DNA of 64,000 nucleotides from Octopus vulgaris (taxonomy: Eukaryota), in NCBI GenBank assembly GCA_951406725.2, contig OX597820.1:4154001-4218000 (forward strand). Direction: 5' to 3'. Below the pieces are notes generated by a model. It was given only the letters and a program-made list of their open reading frames with translations. It did not search any database and was not told the DNA's origin. Below are positions 63,441 to 64,000 of the stretch, piece after piece (within the stretch, counting starts at the first letter, position 1; every line of letters begins with the position of its first letter). Both the position numbers and the translations under genes were made by a program.

Positions 63441-63843
63441 TATCAAGAATAAATATGCAATTGTGTATGTGTGGCTGTGTGTGTGTATTCATTCACATGC
63501 AAACATATGTGTAATGATCTTAAGCTTGTAAGAGCAAAATGACAAAAAACTTTTACACACTGGGACGCAGAGGCCAAATTATTCTTCATTTAGGAACGTA
63601 TTAAAATTTCTGGTCCGAAGGGCAACAGCTACAAGTGTAGAATGCAAAAAATGTATTTCAGACAACATAACATGTCCATTGCTGTGGTGAACTAGAATTT
63701 TTGAAACAGCTGTTAAGGCTGCAAGAAAGATGTCGCCCATTCTGTTCAGAGAAAATGAAGAGAATTTCAAGTTGGAAAAATATATGTAAACCTATGAAGT
63801 AGAGACAGAAACCTGGCAAATTTACCCAATTCTCTGTAGAGAT

Positions 63844-63893
63844 GAACAGCCCTAATTAAGTTTCGACCCTTACTGGGGTCTCATCAGGGGTTC
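63844..63893 (-). ncRNA. Type I hammerhead ribozyme motif, same strand as ELOVL
   Basis: GAACCC-CTGATGA-GACCC-CAGTAA-GGGTC-GAAA-CTTAAT-TA-GGG-CTGTTC: canonical core, perfect 5-bp stem II, CCC/GGG stem I. Confidence 0.75.
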
Positions 63894-64000
63894 TACATGA
63901 TTTGACCAATCCAACAGAAACAAGAAGACAATGCGATTACATACACACATATCAAATTCATTGGCTTCAGAAGACTGGAACTAGTTCAGCAGCAAATGAA

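Noticed and set aside
63579-63770. ORF containing LVHH as a candidate ELOVL histidine-box exon
   Set aside because: Lacks HxxHH and the surrounding LRKK/FLH context.

Overview
AT-rich, repeat-dominated animal genomic DNA. The SINE/LINE families and the long single-exon C2H2 arrays look like an octopus (coleoid cephalopod) genome; this is an inference from family recognition. Host genes, all on the minus strand: two poly-C2H2 zinc-finger genes (20 fingers at 17002-18834; 14 fingers at 33511-34779) and the last two coding exons of an ELOVL1/7-type fatty-acid elongase (60657-60793 and 56750-57019). Most of the rest is mobile-element debris: an R4/Dong-like retrotransposon, RTE LINEs and many of their 3' tails, CR1 tails, an L1/Tx1-like ORF1, Penelope-like (GIY-YIG) relics, CORE- and Meta-type tRNA SINEs, mariner and hAT derivatives, and a degenerate 5S rRNA copy. 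Most notable observations: (1) six or more type I hammerhead-ribozyme motifs, several in sense orientation within inferred introns and one fused to a tRNA-like Pol III head; (2) a PHD-type C4HC3 finger inside an RTE reverse transcriptase; (3) a concatemeric RTE-3'UTR element present as two near-identical inverted copies about 35 kb apart; (4) a ~2.8 kb old palindrome; (5) a zinc-finger array tail broken by a frameshift and a hAT MITE; (6) a twin-priming-type 5'-inverted RTE insertion with a 14-bp TSD. Repeat boundaries were read by eye and are approximate.
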